Shown: positions 28,394 to 46,911, numbered from the stretch's first letter. The stretch: 64,000 nucleotides of DNA from Paraspadella gotoi (GCA_051294375.1 CM119269.1:3366903-3430902), one strand, 5' to 3'. Notes: generated from the letters alone by a model not told the origin. Numbers and translations are program-made.

Positions 28394-28758
28394 GTGGGAG
28401 AATGTGTCCCGAAAAAGAAAAAAAAAAGAAAAAGAAAATTATTCGACTGTTCTTTCTTCTCTTCTTTGACATACTGCATTGTACTGCATTGTACTTCAAG
28501 TTAAAAATTATCAGAGAGAAAGAGAGAAGGAGGAAAGGAGTGCGAGCGAGAGCGAGAGCGAGACGGAGAAGCAACAACAAATTGCGCTCGGTGACGCATC
28601 GAAACCTGTTAAGTACTACAGACGCCAAAATATAAGGACGATTTTTTTCTTTTATTTCGCTTTTTATCTTTTTTAAATAGCATGATTCCAGTAATCATTT
28701 TTTTATTCCGTACGACATCGAGAGCGGTGGACTGAGTTGCAGTTTCTTGGCACGATGA
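26312..28758 (+). CDS. Candidate downstream micro-exons of the 22847 gene (26312-26331, 27489-27528, 27877-27912, 28209-28240, 28681-28758)
   Basis: AG/GT-bounded GC-richer islands in AT-rich DNA that chain in phase to GKRDEDS-VTKFLTLILADFE-ELKVRLEPVTRS-RRDLNWKLVKP-HDSSNHFFIPYDIESGGLSCSFLAR*. Chosen by eye, with no homology support. Confidence 0.3.
26560..27068. mobile_element. ~510-bp AT-rich fold-back (palindromic MITE-like) element
   Basis: Arms pair along their length, e.g. CGCAGTAGGC/GCCTACTGCG, TGCAGATTTG/CAAATCTGCA, AAAAGTTGATAA/TTATCAACTTTT, TTCATTAAGTGGGT/ACCCACTTAATGAA, around a centre near 26810. Divergence is mostly substitutions. Confidence 0.8.
27149..27366. mobile_element. ~220-bp MITE with ~28-bp terminal inverted repeats
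   Basis: Left end CACGGTTCCCTTGACACCCCGTAAAAGA; reverse complement of the right end CACGGTTCCTTAGACACCACGTAAAAGA. No clean target-site duplication (TSD). Confidence 0.75.
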
Positions 28759-29233
28759 TTTCGTACGTAATGGTCAGTTTTTAAAAAAAATCAGTTCATA
28801 TCTGTTGACTTTGTTCAGAGCGACTGTATCTAAAGTTTTAACTTTATTTAATTCAATTCATTGATATGGCAACCGATTCATGACCGAGCGAAATTTAATT
28901 TTGCCTTACTTTGGAACAATAAACGGGTGGGATCTCTGCAGGAATGAATACCTCAATTGCCGTTATAAATATTCGATCTTATTCTTATTTTAATTCTTTC
29001 TTTTGTTCTTCTTCTTTTGAACACGAAAAACTTTTGAACCAAGAGTGAATAATTCCCGAGAGAAGATTCCCCGCTTCGTTTATCGACTAATCGAACATTT
29101 TTGTCTCGACTGAAAACGCAATTCGCAATTTCAAACTCACCTCGAGTTGGTCACCGCCTCAGCCTTACCTGACCTAAACTCTTCGCCTCTTTGTCCCGCC
29201 TCACCCTTCGAGTTCCTCGTTCCGCCCCTCACC

Positions 29234-31828
29234 ATGGACGAACTTACCCTCGTCTTCGTCCTTCTCATCGTCGTCTTCGTCGCTCTGCGCGTCCTCAACC
29301 TCGGCAGCCGCAGCACAGGTTCGGTTTTAACGAAAAACGATTAATCCCGAAAACTGGAAAGAAACGACGGGTTTTAGTGATTAATGAATTTGGCTGAGTG
29401 CATTCGCGAAAAATTAAATCCGCGAATCGTTAATCAATCAAAAGTCGGCCAAACGATCAATAAATTAATCGGTGAGGCTTGTGGGCTATAACCGTTTCTA
29501 TTGGGTTTGTATTTAAAGATTATCTCTTGTCCTAACGGTCACACCCCCGCCCCCTATCAGCGCCGACAATCATCTCCGGTAAATCTGAGCGAATTCGTCG
29601 AGTAATCGCCGCCTGTCGGACGCTGCACGAAGTTTACGCTCCGCCACTTTTTTGGGCCAAACAGGGTCACTTTCAGACGCTGCTGTATGGGATAAAGGTA
29701 GTGACGAATCGAAACCTCGAAGAATGGCGTAGGATTTAAATTAAATTGAAATAAATATTTAAGAAAAAAAAACACTTTTTTTTTCATTCTTCTAACTTCC
29801 GATTTACCGCGTCCCCAAAGGGCCGATTCCGCAGCCCCTCTCCCCGCGCCTACCGCCGCATTTTCTTGCGAATGTCCGACGGCGCCACCTCAACCTTCGA
29901 TCTGTTCAAACCTTTAAGGCGACATCCCTCGGGTCGTCAGGTGATCTAACGATGGGGTGGAGAAAACGGAGAGGAATTGGTTGTTTCGTTGGGAAGATCG
30001 GGGTTCGATTCTACAAGGTTTGAGAGATAGACACATCTTTAGTCAACTTAAGGTTCAATGCTTGCTAAGCTTATACGTGAATGCAATAAACGAAACGACT
30101 CCTGCTTTTAATTAAGCTCAAAGAACGCACGTCCCTCGCAACAGGTGACAGTTTGCGTCTGTCCCGGCATCGGCAATTCATCGGACACCAACTACATCCG
30201 CACGATGGTACAGGCGCTGCAGAGACGCGGGTTCCGATGCGCGGTGCTCAATCACTTGGGAGTGCCACCCGGAGTCAGGCTCACGTCGCCGAGGATTTTC
30301 AGGTGGCGGAAGATTGAGGATGAAAGCAAACGACAAAAACTCCAGCTCCATCCCAACTCCAACCTTCCCCATCTCTCCATCTACGTCCCAGCTACGGCAG
30401 CACAGAAGAATTGGCCTCCATGGTGTCTTGGCTTCGCTCCAATCATCCGTCCAATCAGCTCGTCGGCGTCGGCCTTTCCATGGGCGCCAACGTCTTGACC
30501 AAATTCTTGGGCGAAAACAAGAAAAACCAACGCGGGTTCATCGGCGCACTTTCCGTTTGTCAGGGCTACGACGTTGAAAAGGTGGTTATGGGAGCGAGGA
30601 AAGTTTCCGTGGAGACGTTAGCCTTTTTGTTTAGTCGATCCTATTTGTGAAATATTTCTAAATTTTTTTTCATATTTGTTTTTTCGTTCCGTCTGAAACG
30701 ACAGCAATATCAGTTGGTAAGAATGGGATGCTAGTTTTTGTTGCGTAGGTTTTTGCACGAGTGACATTCAACGTCACGTAGGACATACGACGCACCTTAA
30801 GATTAACATACTAATGTGTGCAAAAGAATTTATTTACCTTTATAGCCAAGTTAACGCGAGTTGTTTTAGTTCTCGTTCACATTTCTCCGTCCAATAAAGG
30901 GCACGCAGATGCTGACCGAATGGAAATATTCTACCGGATGTGGAATGTTGTTTTACATGTGGAACGTTTCGCAGTTGCTCCGCGGCATCATGGCCAGGCA
31001 CAAGGTAGTTTGTGAATTATTTTTCAAATAAGAGAAACCTAATAAGAGTCACAGCCTCAAGAAATCATAAGGCATCCTTTCCTCTCTGAAAAAATAGGAT
31101 CAACTGTTCTCACGCGCGGCCGAGAGACGCTACGGGACTAAATTTAATCTGGACAAAATCTTTTCTCCATTTTCTCTCCTCAACGAGTTGGATGAAGAGT
31201 ACACCATGAAAATTTATGGTTTTACAGATCTGACTCAGTTCTATAGAGCAATGTCTTCGGCGAGGTGAATAAGGGAATTTTTTTCCTATTTTACTATGTC
31301 CGTCTTTGCTTCTTTGTTTCTTGTTTGTTTATTTGTTTCTTTGTTTGTTTGTTTCTTTCTTTCTTTCTTGCTTTCTTTCTTTCAATCTCCATAAACACCG
31401 TCTCCAGAGTGTTGGACCAAATTGAGATTCCCATGTGCTTCGTCAATGCACTCGACGACCCAATGGTGCCGGTGGAGCTTCAAGAGATTGGCAAGGAGAC
31501 GGCGAAGAACTCGGACAACTCTTTCCACGTTACCACTAAATTTGGCGGCCATCTTGGATTTTTTGAAGGTTCACGAAAATTCATTTCATACTCTTTTAAT
31601 CTTTAGAAATATTTTCCAATTATTTTCAAACTTTTTACTTTTCCCTGCTTTATATTTTTTGACTTTCCGATTCGAGGTACCTTTTTTCCACGATCTTTGA
31701 CTTGGATGGACCGACTCATCGTCGACTACAGCGACGCCCTGGTGGCGGTCGAGGAAACCGGAGAAAACAAAATTCTTAAAAGATCAATGTCGTGTTTTGA
31801 GTACGGAGAATCGTCGAAATATCGCTGA
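29234..31828 (+). CDS. ABHD2: Monoacylglycerol lipase ABHD2 (alpha/beta hydrolase), 9 coding exons, 424 aa
   Basis: Exons 29234-29318, 29561-29697, 29821-29940, 30145-30302, 30392-30581, 30900-31004, 31098-31264, 31408-31568, 31677-31828 splice in phase. N-terminal TM. Motifs PPLFWAKQGHFQTLLYG, MSDGATSTFDLF, CPGIGN, RCAVLNHLG, GLSMG (nucleophile), NALDDP (Asp), GGHLGFFEG (His) and LTWMDRLIVDY match ABHD2 as I recall it. Confidence 0.93.
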
Positions 31829-32448
31829 GGGACAAAAGGAAAACTATTTTAAAATGTTCATTAGTGATTGTTAACCTATCCAGACTTTACAAGATCGAAG
31901 TTTTAGCGCATACGCATTAACCTATATTATTAAAATTATTATTAAACCTTATATTCCTAATCTCTGAATAGCGAAACAAGTATTAATGCGCGCTATTTAT
32001 TTGATCGAACCAAAGCTTTAAAACATTCTGACTGTGATATCGTAACCCATGATGTGATTTGAGGTAAAAGCGTTTCCTGAAGCAATACCACATTGCCTAC
32101 AAGGCCACTATTGTGTAAACAATAAACAATTTTCTGATTTTTGTACATTTTTCATTGACTAAAAACTTTTTATCTTGGGTGTTTCTCTGTTGTTTTCTGT
32201 TGTTTCAAATTCAACGTAATAGTTTTTACCATACTTATGTGGCTATAGAGAATACACTTACGTTCCATTTCACAATTCTAACTTATTTATTTGTAATTTA
32301 TTTATGCACAACTTAAAGTTTGCTTCGCCAGAAGAATTAATAGAATTTATTGTCTCGTACCTATGACAATAAAAATTAATTAGGTTAACAAAGAATAAAA
32401 AAAAAACAACTTTAAAACATTAATTTTTGTCAATCGCTCATTTGAGTC

Positions 32449-37083
<4,635 letters not shown>

Positions 37084-37664
37084 TTTTTTTAAGTAAGCCA
37101 ACAAATAGAGGGTAAAAACAATAATCAGGATTTTTAAGCATAAAATCTTTCATAAGAAAGATTTATTTTAATCGTCATTATATACTGTGACTGCAAGTCT
37201 GCAAGTACGCGTATTTCAATTTTTTTCCTAATTAACATTTTGACTCAATGGAATCGTGGCCAGCTCGTCTAAGAAGGCACAAAAGTTGGTTAAAGACTTT
37301 CACGCGCAAAATGCGTGCATTTCCTCGTGCATCTCGCGCTTATGCAATTCAAGACCATATTTGCTTTAGGCGAGATTTCGATTTGTGCGTAAACAGGACG
37401 TCATTGGGTCGCGACGACCCGGACGAGAGGAGTTTGTTCGAAAAAATCGATTCTTAAGATTTCGGAGAATTAATTCTAAGTCAGACTAAAGACTAAGTAA
37501 TAAATTCTGCGTCTATAATCTCACCCTCTTTGCTTTAGACAAAAAAAGATTGATGGATGTTGTTGTTGTTGTCTATAAAAAAGACAGGTGTGGGTTGGTT
37601 GCCAATTTTTAACCGAATCCGGAATTCCCACGAGTTAAGAGTCCCTTCTTGATGGAACTATATA

Positions 37665-37782
<118 letters not shown>

Positions 37783-37919
37783 TTTGTGACGTATTTCAGT
37801 GGACTTAAACTTTAGTTAGAAGATATTCACTTGGAAATCTGAGCGCATATTTCATTCCAGCTGAATGATTTCCAATGAAGGAGAATCCTTTTGTTGTACT
37901 AATTTCTTGGAAGAGTCTG

Positions 37920-37963
<44 letters not shown>

Positions 37964-38784
37964 AAACTAAAAATGAATTGCACTACATTACCAATTACAA
38001 CTCCTCCCATGTTCCAGCTTCCCCCAGCACCATTTTCTGCCCCCGGAATCCCGACTTTTCTTTTAATTCGCATGACGTTTATGTTCATATTCTGTCATGA
38101 ATTTTTTGTCCCACTATTAATCAGTCGTGGATCGAGAGTCGATCGCTACCCAAAATCATTTTTCTTTCAATCTTCTCGGATCCAAATATTTTGAAAAGGG
38201 AAACGCGCTGACACCGCAGGGCGAGTGGGAAATGAACGGCGCTAGTTGAACATCGTATTTAATGCAATCGAAATAATAGGAAAACCTTAGATTTCCTATT
38301 CCATACTTCAGAGAATCGAATACCGTATTTTCTTTGAGCATTCGCTCGATTTCGCGACATCGTCGTCGCTTACGCTTCGGTATATCTTCCCTAATTAAAT
38401 TAACAATAACCTACTTTCAATCCATTCGATTGAGTTCGATAACGATCTGGTCGAAATGACGACGAAGACGATAGCGACGACGACGACGACGATGAAGATG
38501 ATGCCGACTATGATGGCGACGATGATGACGTAAATAATATATTCTTTTACGGTTAATTGCCCTTCGTTGTTTATCTCTTTGTCATGGCCATTTTTAAAGC
38601 AGCTCAAGGTAGACCTAAGTCGTCGCTCACTTTCTTATCCTTAACCATTTCTACATTTTTTGCCACTGGTCCAATTAGGTCGAACCATGATTATAGATAT
38701 AATATTTATTATACATATAAGATTTATTCCTCTTCCTTTTTTTTCTCTCTCTTCAGCGTTTTGTCAATCTCACACTAGTATTAA

Positions 38785-39005
38785 ATTGGTACAACCAATA
38801 TAAAAATTATCCATTCATTTAATAAATAAGCTATCTTGCCCCTGACTTTGGACAGGCTTTGGTGGTTTAAGGCCTCCATCACTCTTACAGTCTCGTTTAT
38901 TCACTCCCAGAGTACCTGGCTTCCCTATCAATAAAAGGTATAATATTTCAAAGAATGTTTCAATTGTATGAAAACACCACTCCCTTAAGTATTAGATCGG
39001 GGAAT
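38785..39005 (-). mobile_element. Dispersed repeat family A, copy 2 (internal deletion)
   Basis: Reverse complement of 54585-54855, lacking ~50 bp between ACTCTTACA and GTCTCGTTTATTCAC. Confidence 0.85.
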
Positions 39006-40465
39006 ACTAAATTTTATAAAAAAAATTTTTGGGCCGCAAATTCTTCCCACTGAACTCCCTCCCTGTTTCAATCACCTTCTATTCCGTCCACCTCTCATTT
39101 TCCGACGTTGACATAAAACTAGATTGCCAAAAAAAGTAAAATATACTTCTGGCCTTTTATGGGTCATTATCACGCCATGTCCTGTTATCGTCGTTATTGT
39201 AGTCATCATCGTCGTCGTCGTCGTCGTTAATGCCTTTTCTATCGCCCCCGGTCACCGAGATCGTATTTCTCGCGGTTAATTCCGGAGATGAAAAATACAA
39301 TACGACCCGATTCGATGTAACATTGTAACGACCTTTTTTTCCTTTCTTTTTAGAAGTATTGCCTTTAAATCTTGAGGCTATATACGATACAAAAAATTTA
39401 AATCTTTTAAAACCTATTTAAAAAGAGCATCGTGTAAATCATAAGGGCTGAAATCACGGCTGAAAAACTGGTGCCATCAGTTGAGGCGCTTTTCACTGTA
39501 TTCCTTGCTTTGCACTGGGTGAATCAGGTCGAATATCATTAGCCACGCCCTCGAGAGGAAACCGGAAATTAAATTAGCTTCCAACTTTTTCCCAGTAATA
39601 AAAGTCATATATTTTTTATCTTTCCGTTCATCTTAAAAATGTGGGGTTCGTGTCCGAGTCTTTATTTATTATTTGAGATTGACTCTCCTGTCCGTTGGTA
39701 CGAATTCTTCTTCGAGAGATGAGAGATAAACAAAGACAGAGACAGAGTTAGGCGGCGAAAAGACGCGATTTCATCGAGAAAAGAAGTCAAAGAGGAGAAA
39801 GAAGATGTGATAATTCTGGACTTAAATGTTTCAAGATGACAGAAACAAAGCGCCCAAAAATGAACAAAAATATATAGGGACTAAATGTTAAAATCTAACA
39901 GAAGATAAAACCCGACAAAATAAAAGATTTTCCCTCAGTTCGATTAGTTATTGCGTGGTCATTGGTCTAGGGCATTGCCCTGACAATTTCCGGCTGCCCG
40001 ACCCTCCTTGTTGCCCGAAGCCATAAAGTCGCCACCCTGCGGCTCTTATGATCTCTGCGGTCAACAGACGGAAAACTTGTGTCAATTGCGTCATGCTTTC
40101 AGGATGAAGATATCCTTTTTTTTTGAAAATAACCAGATAAATCCTTTTTTATATGTAAACGGAATTCATAATTATCAATTATTTGAAAAAACCTAAATGT
40201 TAAAAATTTTTCGTCTCTCCATTTTTATCTCTCTTTCTCTTTCTGACTTTCTTTATTAGTCTTCCTCTCTTTCTCTTTCAATCATACTTTCTCTCTTTCT
40301 TTCTTAATCTTCCTCTCTTTCTCTTTCTATCATACTTTCTCTCTTTCTCACTTTCATTCTTAATCTTTCTCTCTTTCTCTTTCTATATTACTTTCTTTTT
40401 CTTTATATCTTACTTTCTCTCTTTCTCTCTTTATATCTCTCTTTTTCCCATTATCATCTCTCTCC

Positions 40466-40544
<79 letters not shown>

Positions 40545-41914
40545 TCATCTTCCCAACCTTTCAAACCCTATTTCTCCATCCGTCCGTTAGCGTCGTCCGG
40601 TCCGTCAGATGTCAATCTCTCCATCGCCAAATTTCTCTTGTCCCCGCCATTTTCTTCCCTTCATTTCCTCGTTCAAACTCCGTTTGCACTTTGCGTGTTT
40701 CCCGCTGACTCCATTGACTCCTTTGACTTTTTAACCTCAACATTTTTTTTCGTTCATTTTTTTTCAAAAATTATTTCTTTCTTTTTTTTCCCCCCTTTAC
40801 TTTTCTTTGTTTCTTTTTATTGTCACGAATTCTCGTAAAAATTCCCTTTTGCTTCTATTCTTTTCGTGCTTGATTGTGTTCTTATGTTTTGTTTTCTCTC
40901 TTTATTTTCTCTCTCTCTCTCTCCATGTCTCTCTCTATTTATCTCATTCACTTTCTATCAAGCGAACGAAACAACAAAAAAATTCCTTCTCATGCTCTTC
41001 AAAACAAGGTCGCTGTCTTATATGTCCTTAGTATACTATTTCTAGTTCAAACTTGTTGTCCACATACTCGTTGTCGCCGTCGTCTTGGACTAAAATTGCC
41101 ATGACATTCTCTCGTCCTTATTATGGTTTGATTATCATCTTCCTTCATTCTACTCTCTCCATCTCTCTTTTTTTCCCCTTCTCTCTCTCTCTTTAAAAAA
41201 AATCCAGCGACGACGCTTGCGTCAATCTCTGATTGGTCAACTTCGTCGCCGACGCGTCGACGTTCCTCCAATCATCGACGTTCCTCCAATCAACGACGTT
41301 CCCTCCTCGTTTTGTTTTCTCAATTTTCTGTTTACGACTGGAAAAAAAATAATCTAAGCTTCTCTTTCTTTTTCGCTCCTGATTTTTTTGCACGAATCTG
41401 AAAAAAAAAAGATCGAAGTGCAAATTTCGTTCCGAAGATCGATTTTTAAATTTTGGTTTTCGGCACTAGTTTCGATGGGGGCGTAAAACCTAAGTATTAA
41501 CCGCGTTAATCCGTCACTGAAGTCACTGAAGAAAAAAAAACGAAAGCGATTTTAATTTGTATCAATTTGCTTTGTAAAAAAAAAATATAATAGAAATAAT
41601 TATAAAGTAACAGCAGCCACAGATAAGAAAAACTTTCGCCTTCCGCTTTTAATAATTTCTCATCTCGTTAGAATCTCGTTTGCTCATCAGTCTCTCCCAG
41701 ACCTGAACTCCTCGGAGACACGCAGATTTCTCTCCCAACGGTCCCGATCGGGTTTTATCATCGGTTAATCTTAGTTCCATCTTCGGTTCCATCCTATTTT
41801 CTATAATCTCTTCTATCATCGGTTCCAACCTTCTCATCTTGAATGTCTCATCTACATCACTTGTCCACCGCGATTTTGACGCCAGACTGACTCTCTCTCT
41901 CTCTCCTCTCTCTC

Positions 41915-41993
<79 letters not shown>

Positions 41994-42234
41994 ATTTACA
42001 TGGCATTTGAGTTTAAGGTTATTTCTTTATCCTCACTTCTAAAATCTATGCAATTGCCTCCCAATTAAAAATTAAATCTAATCAACTTCGTTTTATTATT
42101 TTAATTTGAACCGGAGTGGCCTAACAAGTCCAAGGATAGGATGTAACCAGCGTCTGGCTTGTCACGCTCTCGTGGGAACACGATCTGTTCTCGTGGCAAA
42201 ATACGTTCAGTACACCAGTGGACGTTAAAAGACT

Positions 42235-42272
<38 letters not shown>

Positions 42273-42806
42273 TTACCTCCTGTTGACGTCTCGCATGGCA
42301 TCGATGCGTATCAAAATTAAATAACGAGTGCAATAAAATACGTAAACGAAAATTGAAGTTACAACATTGAAAAAATGTTTATCAGTTCAACGAAAAAATC
42401 TTTGAATTACAGAATTGAAATCGCAACAGTATTCAGTCGTTGGAAGCAACCAACTGACCTGACTCGATAAGCAACTTCCATTGATTGCGCTTAATTTAGC
42501 TCTTTTAGCTGCTCCTCCCTTCATTTGGCACTCTGCTCCTTCATTGCGATCCTGCTCCAATCTTTTCTTCGACTCCGCTCCTGTCTATATATCATTCCGC
42601 ACCATTGGGTCCGTTATGTTTTGCTCTCGACGATCTTCGTGTTCAAAACCTCAAACACCGTGTTATCCTGCGAATAAAAAAAGAAAAAAAAGAAAAAGAA
42701 AAAAGAAAATCAACTTAATCCCTGACAACAACGGATTTTTTTTTACACTCCCCTTTTTTTTTGTCGCCTTCATGATCATTATTTTTTCGACGATTAATTT
42801 ATTTCA

Positions 42807-42913
<107 letters not shown>

Positions 42914-43304
42914 CCCTGTCTCCATTCTCTTTTTTCCTCCCTCTCTCTACTCCAGCAGAGAAACGAATCGGATCTCATGAGAGTCCAGGAAGAGGTTTTA
43001 CTCTTCGAGGTTCGATCCATGAAAACATCATGAATTCCGGCGTCGATAGGCGCCAAAATATCAACGACGTCACTTTGCCACTTTCGTCAACGTCGTCGTC
43101 GACGTCGTCGTCGTCGTCGTCGACAACAACGACTTGTTCGTTATCCTCGTTACGATCTTTTCCTCTCCATTCCTCCTTCTCAGGCGACTGAGTTTTCGCC
43201 TTTCTCCGGCGAGGAAGAGTAATAAAGACTTCAAAACAATTATCAAAATCTAAAATTAACAAAAATAAGTGACGAGCCGTTTTTTGGAACGAGTTTAAAA
43301 TATA

Positions 43305-46014
43305 ATGCCGATCGGCGCCGCCTCCCGCCGGCGCCTGGAATTCAGCGCCGATAAATTCCAGCACCGCGGCGTCGGTCGGCAAACAATGGCGGCTCCGCGA
43401 CCGGAGGTGGACGATCGCCGAGACGGCGGTTACGCCTCCGAGCCGGAAAACGTCTCTTCGTCGCCCAAGAAACGACAACGGCGCCGGAGACGACGCCCGG
43501 CGGCGAAAACGACGCCGGCCTCGTCCTCCTCATCGTCGTCGCTCGACGCCGCTCCGTTTCAAGCGACGCCTCAAATTCGGCGCCCTATAGATCTTTCTCC
43601 GACAACGCCATCGTTCTTGGCGGCGCCGTTCGATCGCGGTCCCTCGGTCACTTCTGCCTACGATTCTGGCGCTTCTAGAGATAGCGCCGGATCGCGAAAC
43701 AGCGCCGGATCGAGATCCGAGGCGAGGGACGCCGGCGATGAGGCGGACGACGAAGACGCCGAGAAGACGAGGCTAAGAATGGAGGAGGAAGAAGAGGAAG
43801 AAGAGGAAGAAGAGGACGACAACATCCTCCAACTGACTTCTTCACCGATGAGAGACTTTTATCAAATTGTCGCCTTCGAATCCAATTCTCCTCGAGTCGA
43901 CTTTGACGACTCTGCCGACGCAAACCTTGCCGACGCAAACCTTGCCGATGCGGCAGGCGATGCAGAAAACGATCCTGCGTACGACTCCATGGTGCTTGGT
44001 AAAAATGACGACGACAAGGAAGACGACGACGAAGACGACGACGACTTTGACTGCAACGACGTCGAACGCGCCGCTCAAGTTTCCGCCGAAGCGAAGAGAA
44101 AAATAAAATTGAGGGAAAAACGAATTAGAAATCAAACGATCGTCATTTCGGCGCCGATCGGAATTGGCGCCGTCGGGAGCGGCGTCGGCAGCGGCCCGTC
44201 GGCCTTCGATCGATCTCGTCTCTCCTCCTCCAAGATAGAGGAGGAGGGAGACAGCTTTTCTTTGTTGATAGACGAAGAAACTATACCTACCTCCTCCTCC
44301 TCAAAATCGGAGGAGGTGGACGGTTCTTTGGATTGGTCTGAAGTGAAGAGCAGATTCTCCAAAGCGAACGGCTTCTCCTCCTCATCCTCCTTAATCGACG
44401 AGGAGATCGGGCGTGCCTGGTCGCATCCCGAATTGGATCGTCACGAGGAGCTCGGATCTCCGCTGAGGAGACCGGCTTCCTTTTCCTCCTCCTCCTCTTC
44501 CTCTTATCTCCCGTTCCTTCACAAAGACGACGACTACGAGGATCAACTGCTTCGTCGGGAATCGACGCCGAAGGACGAAGACGCTCGTCGACTCCGTCTA
44601 CTGAGTCAACGTCTCTTCGACGGCGCCTTTCGCGAAGAGGATCGTCCTGACGTCTCTCCGTCGAAGCGGCGCCGGCGACGACATCGACGCCGTCGACGCC
44701 GGTCGCGCGACGCCGCTGATTCGGATTCCGACGTGGAGGACTTGAAGCACGTTCTGGGGGAATCCACGGGCCAGTTGAAGGTCACCAACAGCATCTTGAG
44801 GGAAGAGGGGGAAGCGGAAAGACGGAGCCCGGAGAAGGTGAAGAGAGTTTGAAGACGATCGGTTAACGAGATTTTTTATTACTATTATTTTTTTTAAATT
44901 ATGAAATTGGAACAATTAGTTAGAATTTATCCCTTGAAGTTTGTTAACTAAATAAAAATTTGGTCGATAACGGACACAGATCTCGTTTTAAAATAGAAAA
45001 TAATTCTTTACAAATTAAATTGATTAATTAATTAATTAAAATAGAAAATAATTCTTTACAAATTAAATTAATCGTTTTCCATTCCTCGTCCACGCGCGAC
45101 GCAGTCTCTGCCAAAATGCACTCATCAACTCTTGGCGACTTGTCACGCGAACATCACGTGTTTGAAGACCGTGAGGGATCACCTGGACAGCGCCATCCGT
45201 GCAGGTTGTGAACTAGTGATTTCCGTGCGATTATCTTTTCTTCCATTCGAAATCGAGAATCGAATCTTCCGCTTCAATCCTCATCTCAGGTCAGACGACG
45301 ATTCCTCGACAATCGCTCGAGGAATTGGACGACGTCATCGACCTCTGGGACGTCGTCAAAGACGTCACCGTCAAGCGTCACAATCGCGATCTCGTCGCCG
45401 AACGTCGCACCGAGAACTGCGTCACGGTCAACGAGCTAAACGACCGAAATCCGGCCAAGAAGGATGAGCGAGACGACGTCGGCGTCATATGTTACATCGA
45501 CGAGGAAAGGATCGACGATGAAGCGTCAAAATGGCAGCGTCAAATCGGAGACGTCGAATCCGCGTCGTCGTTTTCGTCGTCGTCGTGGTCATCGTCGTCG
45601 CTTTCGTCTTCTTCCTCGTCGTCGTCGTCGGCCCCGCTGAGGAAGCGGCGACGTCGTCGTCGGCGCAGGAGTTTCAGCGCCGCCGCAGCAGCAGCCGCCG
45701 AAGCTTTTGTCTTACGTCTCGTCAAATTCTTTTTTCTTCTTCTTCGATTGACGAGCGATCGAATCTTCAACAACAACAACGACGACGACGGTAACAAGCG
45801 TTTCCTCTCTACGCCCCCGGAACCCACGAAGCGAACCTGGCGGCGAAACTTGACGGCAGCTGCGATCGTGGCGGCGTTCCTTTTGACGAACGCCGTCGTG
45901 GTCCTCGTCAAGGTGCTCGTCGAGTCGCCTTTCTACTGCTGCTCGGAGTTCCGCACTCTCTCCATCGACATTCGACCGCGACTTCGATACTTCAACGGGC
46001 CACCCCCGACTTGA
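43305..46014 (+). CDS. KASH-domain outer nuclear membrane protein (Klarsicht-like LINC component), 3 exons, 785 aa
   Basis: Exons 43305-44837, 45105-45204 and 45290-46014 splice in phase. A C-terminal TM is followed by CCSEFRTLSIDIRPRLRYFNGPPPT*, with Cys-23, Pro-11, Leu-9, Tyr-7 and terminal PPPT as in nesprin KASH peptides. The helical segment DSDVEDLKHVLGESTGQLKVT...ATCHANITCLKTV resembles my recollection of Klarsicht-family proteins. Confidence 0.9.
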
Positions 46015-46780
46015 TCGAGACGGGGTTGTGGGTGGACGGGGGTGGTGAAGGGTGGAAATGGGGGTGTAGTTGGCCGGGGGTGGTGAGGAAAAAGCGGGGT
46101 GGTTGATCTTTTTTTAAAATGCGAGTAGAAACAGTGGTGCGGTTTTTTTTATACTTTCATTTTATTTCTTTTATTCTTTATTTTATACCTATTTTTTTTA
46201 AGTATAATTTAGTCCAGTCTTTATATTTTTTTTATTACAAACCAAAAACAAAATTTACAATCGATATAGTCTTTAATTGGTTTTGTAAACGCGCTTAGCT
46301 TAGTTGGAAAGACAATAGATTAAATTGGGAACTAAAAAAAATTATTAAAACCGGCTTTAATTCCTGTCAAGTCTGTGATACACAGTTCCGCATTTCTTAA
46401 GTCCTAATTTTTCAGTAAAACTGTATATATAACAACTGATTTATTTTTATTGCCAGAAATAGGAAAAGATGAATTGGAGAAAATGTAACCGATAAAAACC
46501 GATTATATTTTCTAGTTATTTAGCTGATTACCTCTGATTATATGTTTCGTGTCTCCACTGACTCCTCTAGCTCTCTCAATCGAAATAAAATATTTAGTTA
46601 GGAAACAAAAAAATATAAAAAGACAGGAAAAGAAAATAAAAAAGAAAGAGGTCAAGAATTTGTGCCCCAAACCTCTTTGCTCTTTTCTCTTCGGATCATC
46701 GAGCGACGTTCGTTGGTCATACGAACGCTGACCCCAGGGTTCGGACAGACAGATACAGAGACAAAGAAGAATGACATGGA

Positions 46781-46911
<131 letters not shown>

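Noticed and set aside
38395-38607. ORF with an apparent transmembrane helix (IIVAIIVGIIFIVVVVV)
   Set aside because: The hydrophobicity comes from a degenerate (GAC/GAT)n trinucleotide repeat, the ORF lacks an ATG start, and it is not needed for the basigin model.
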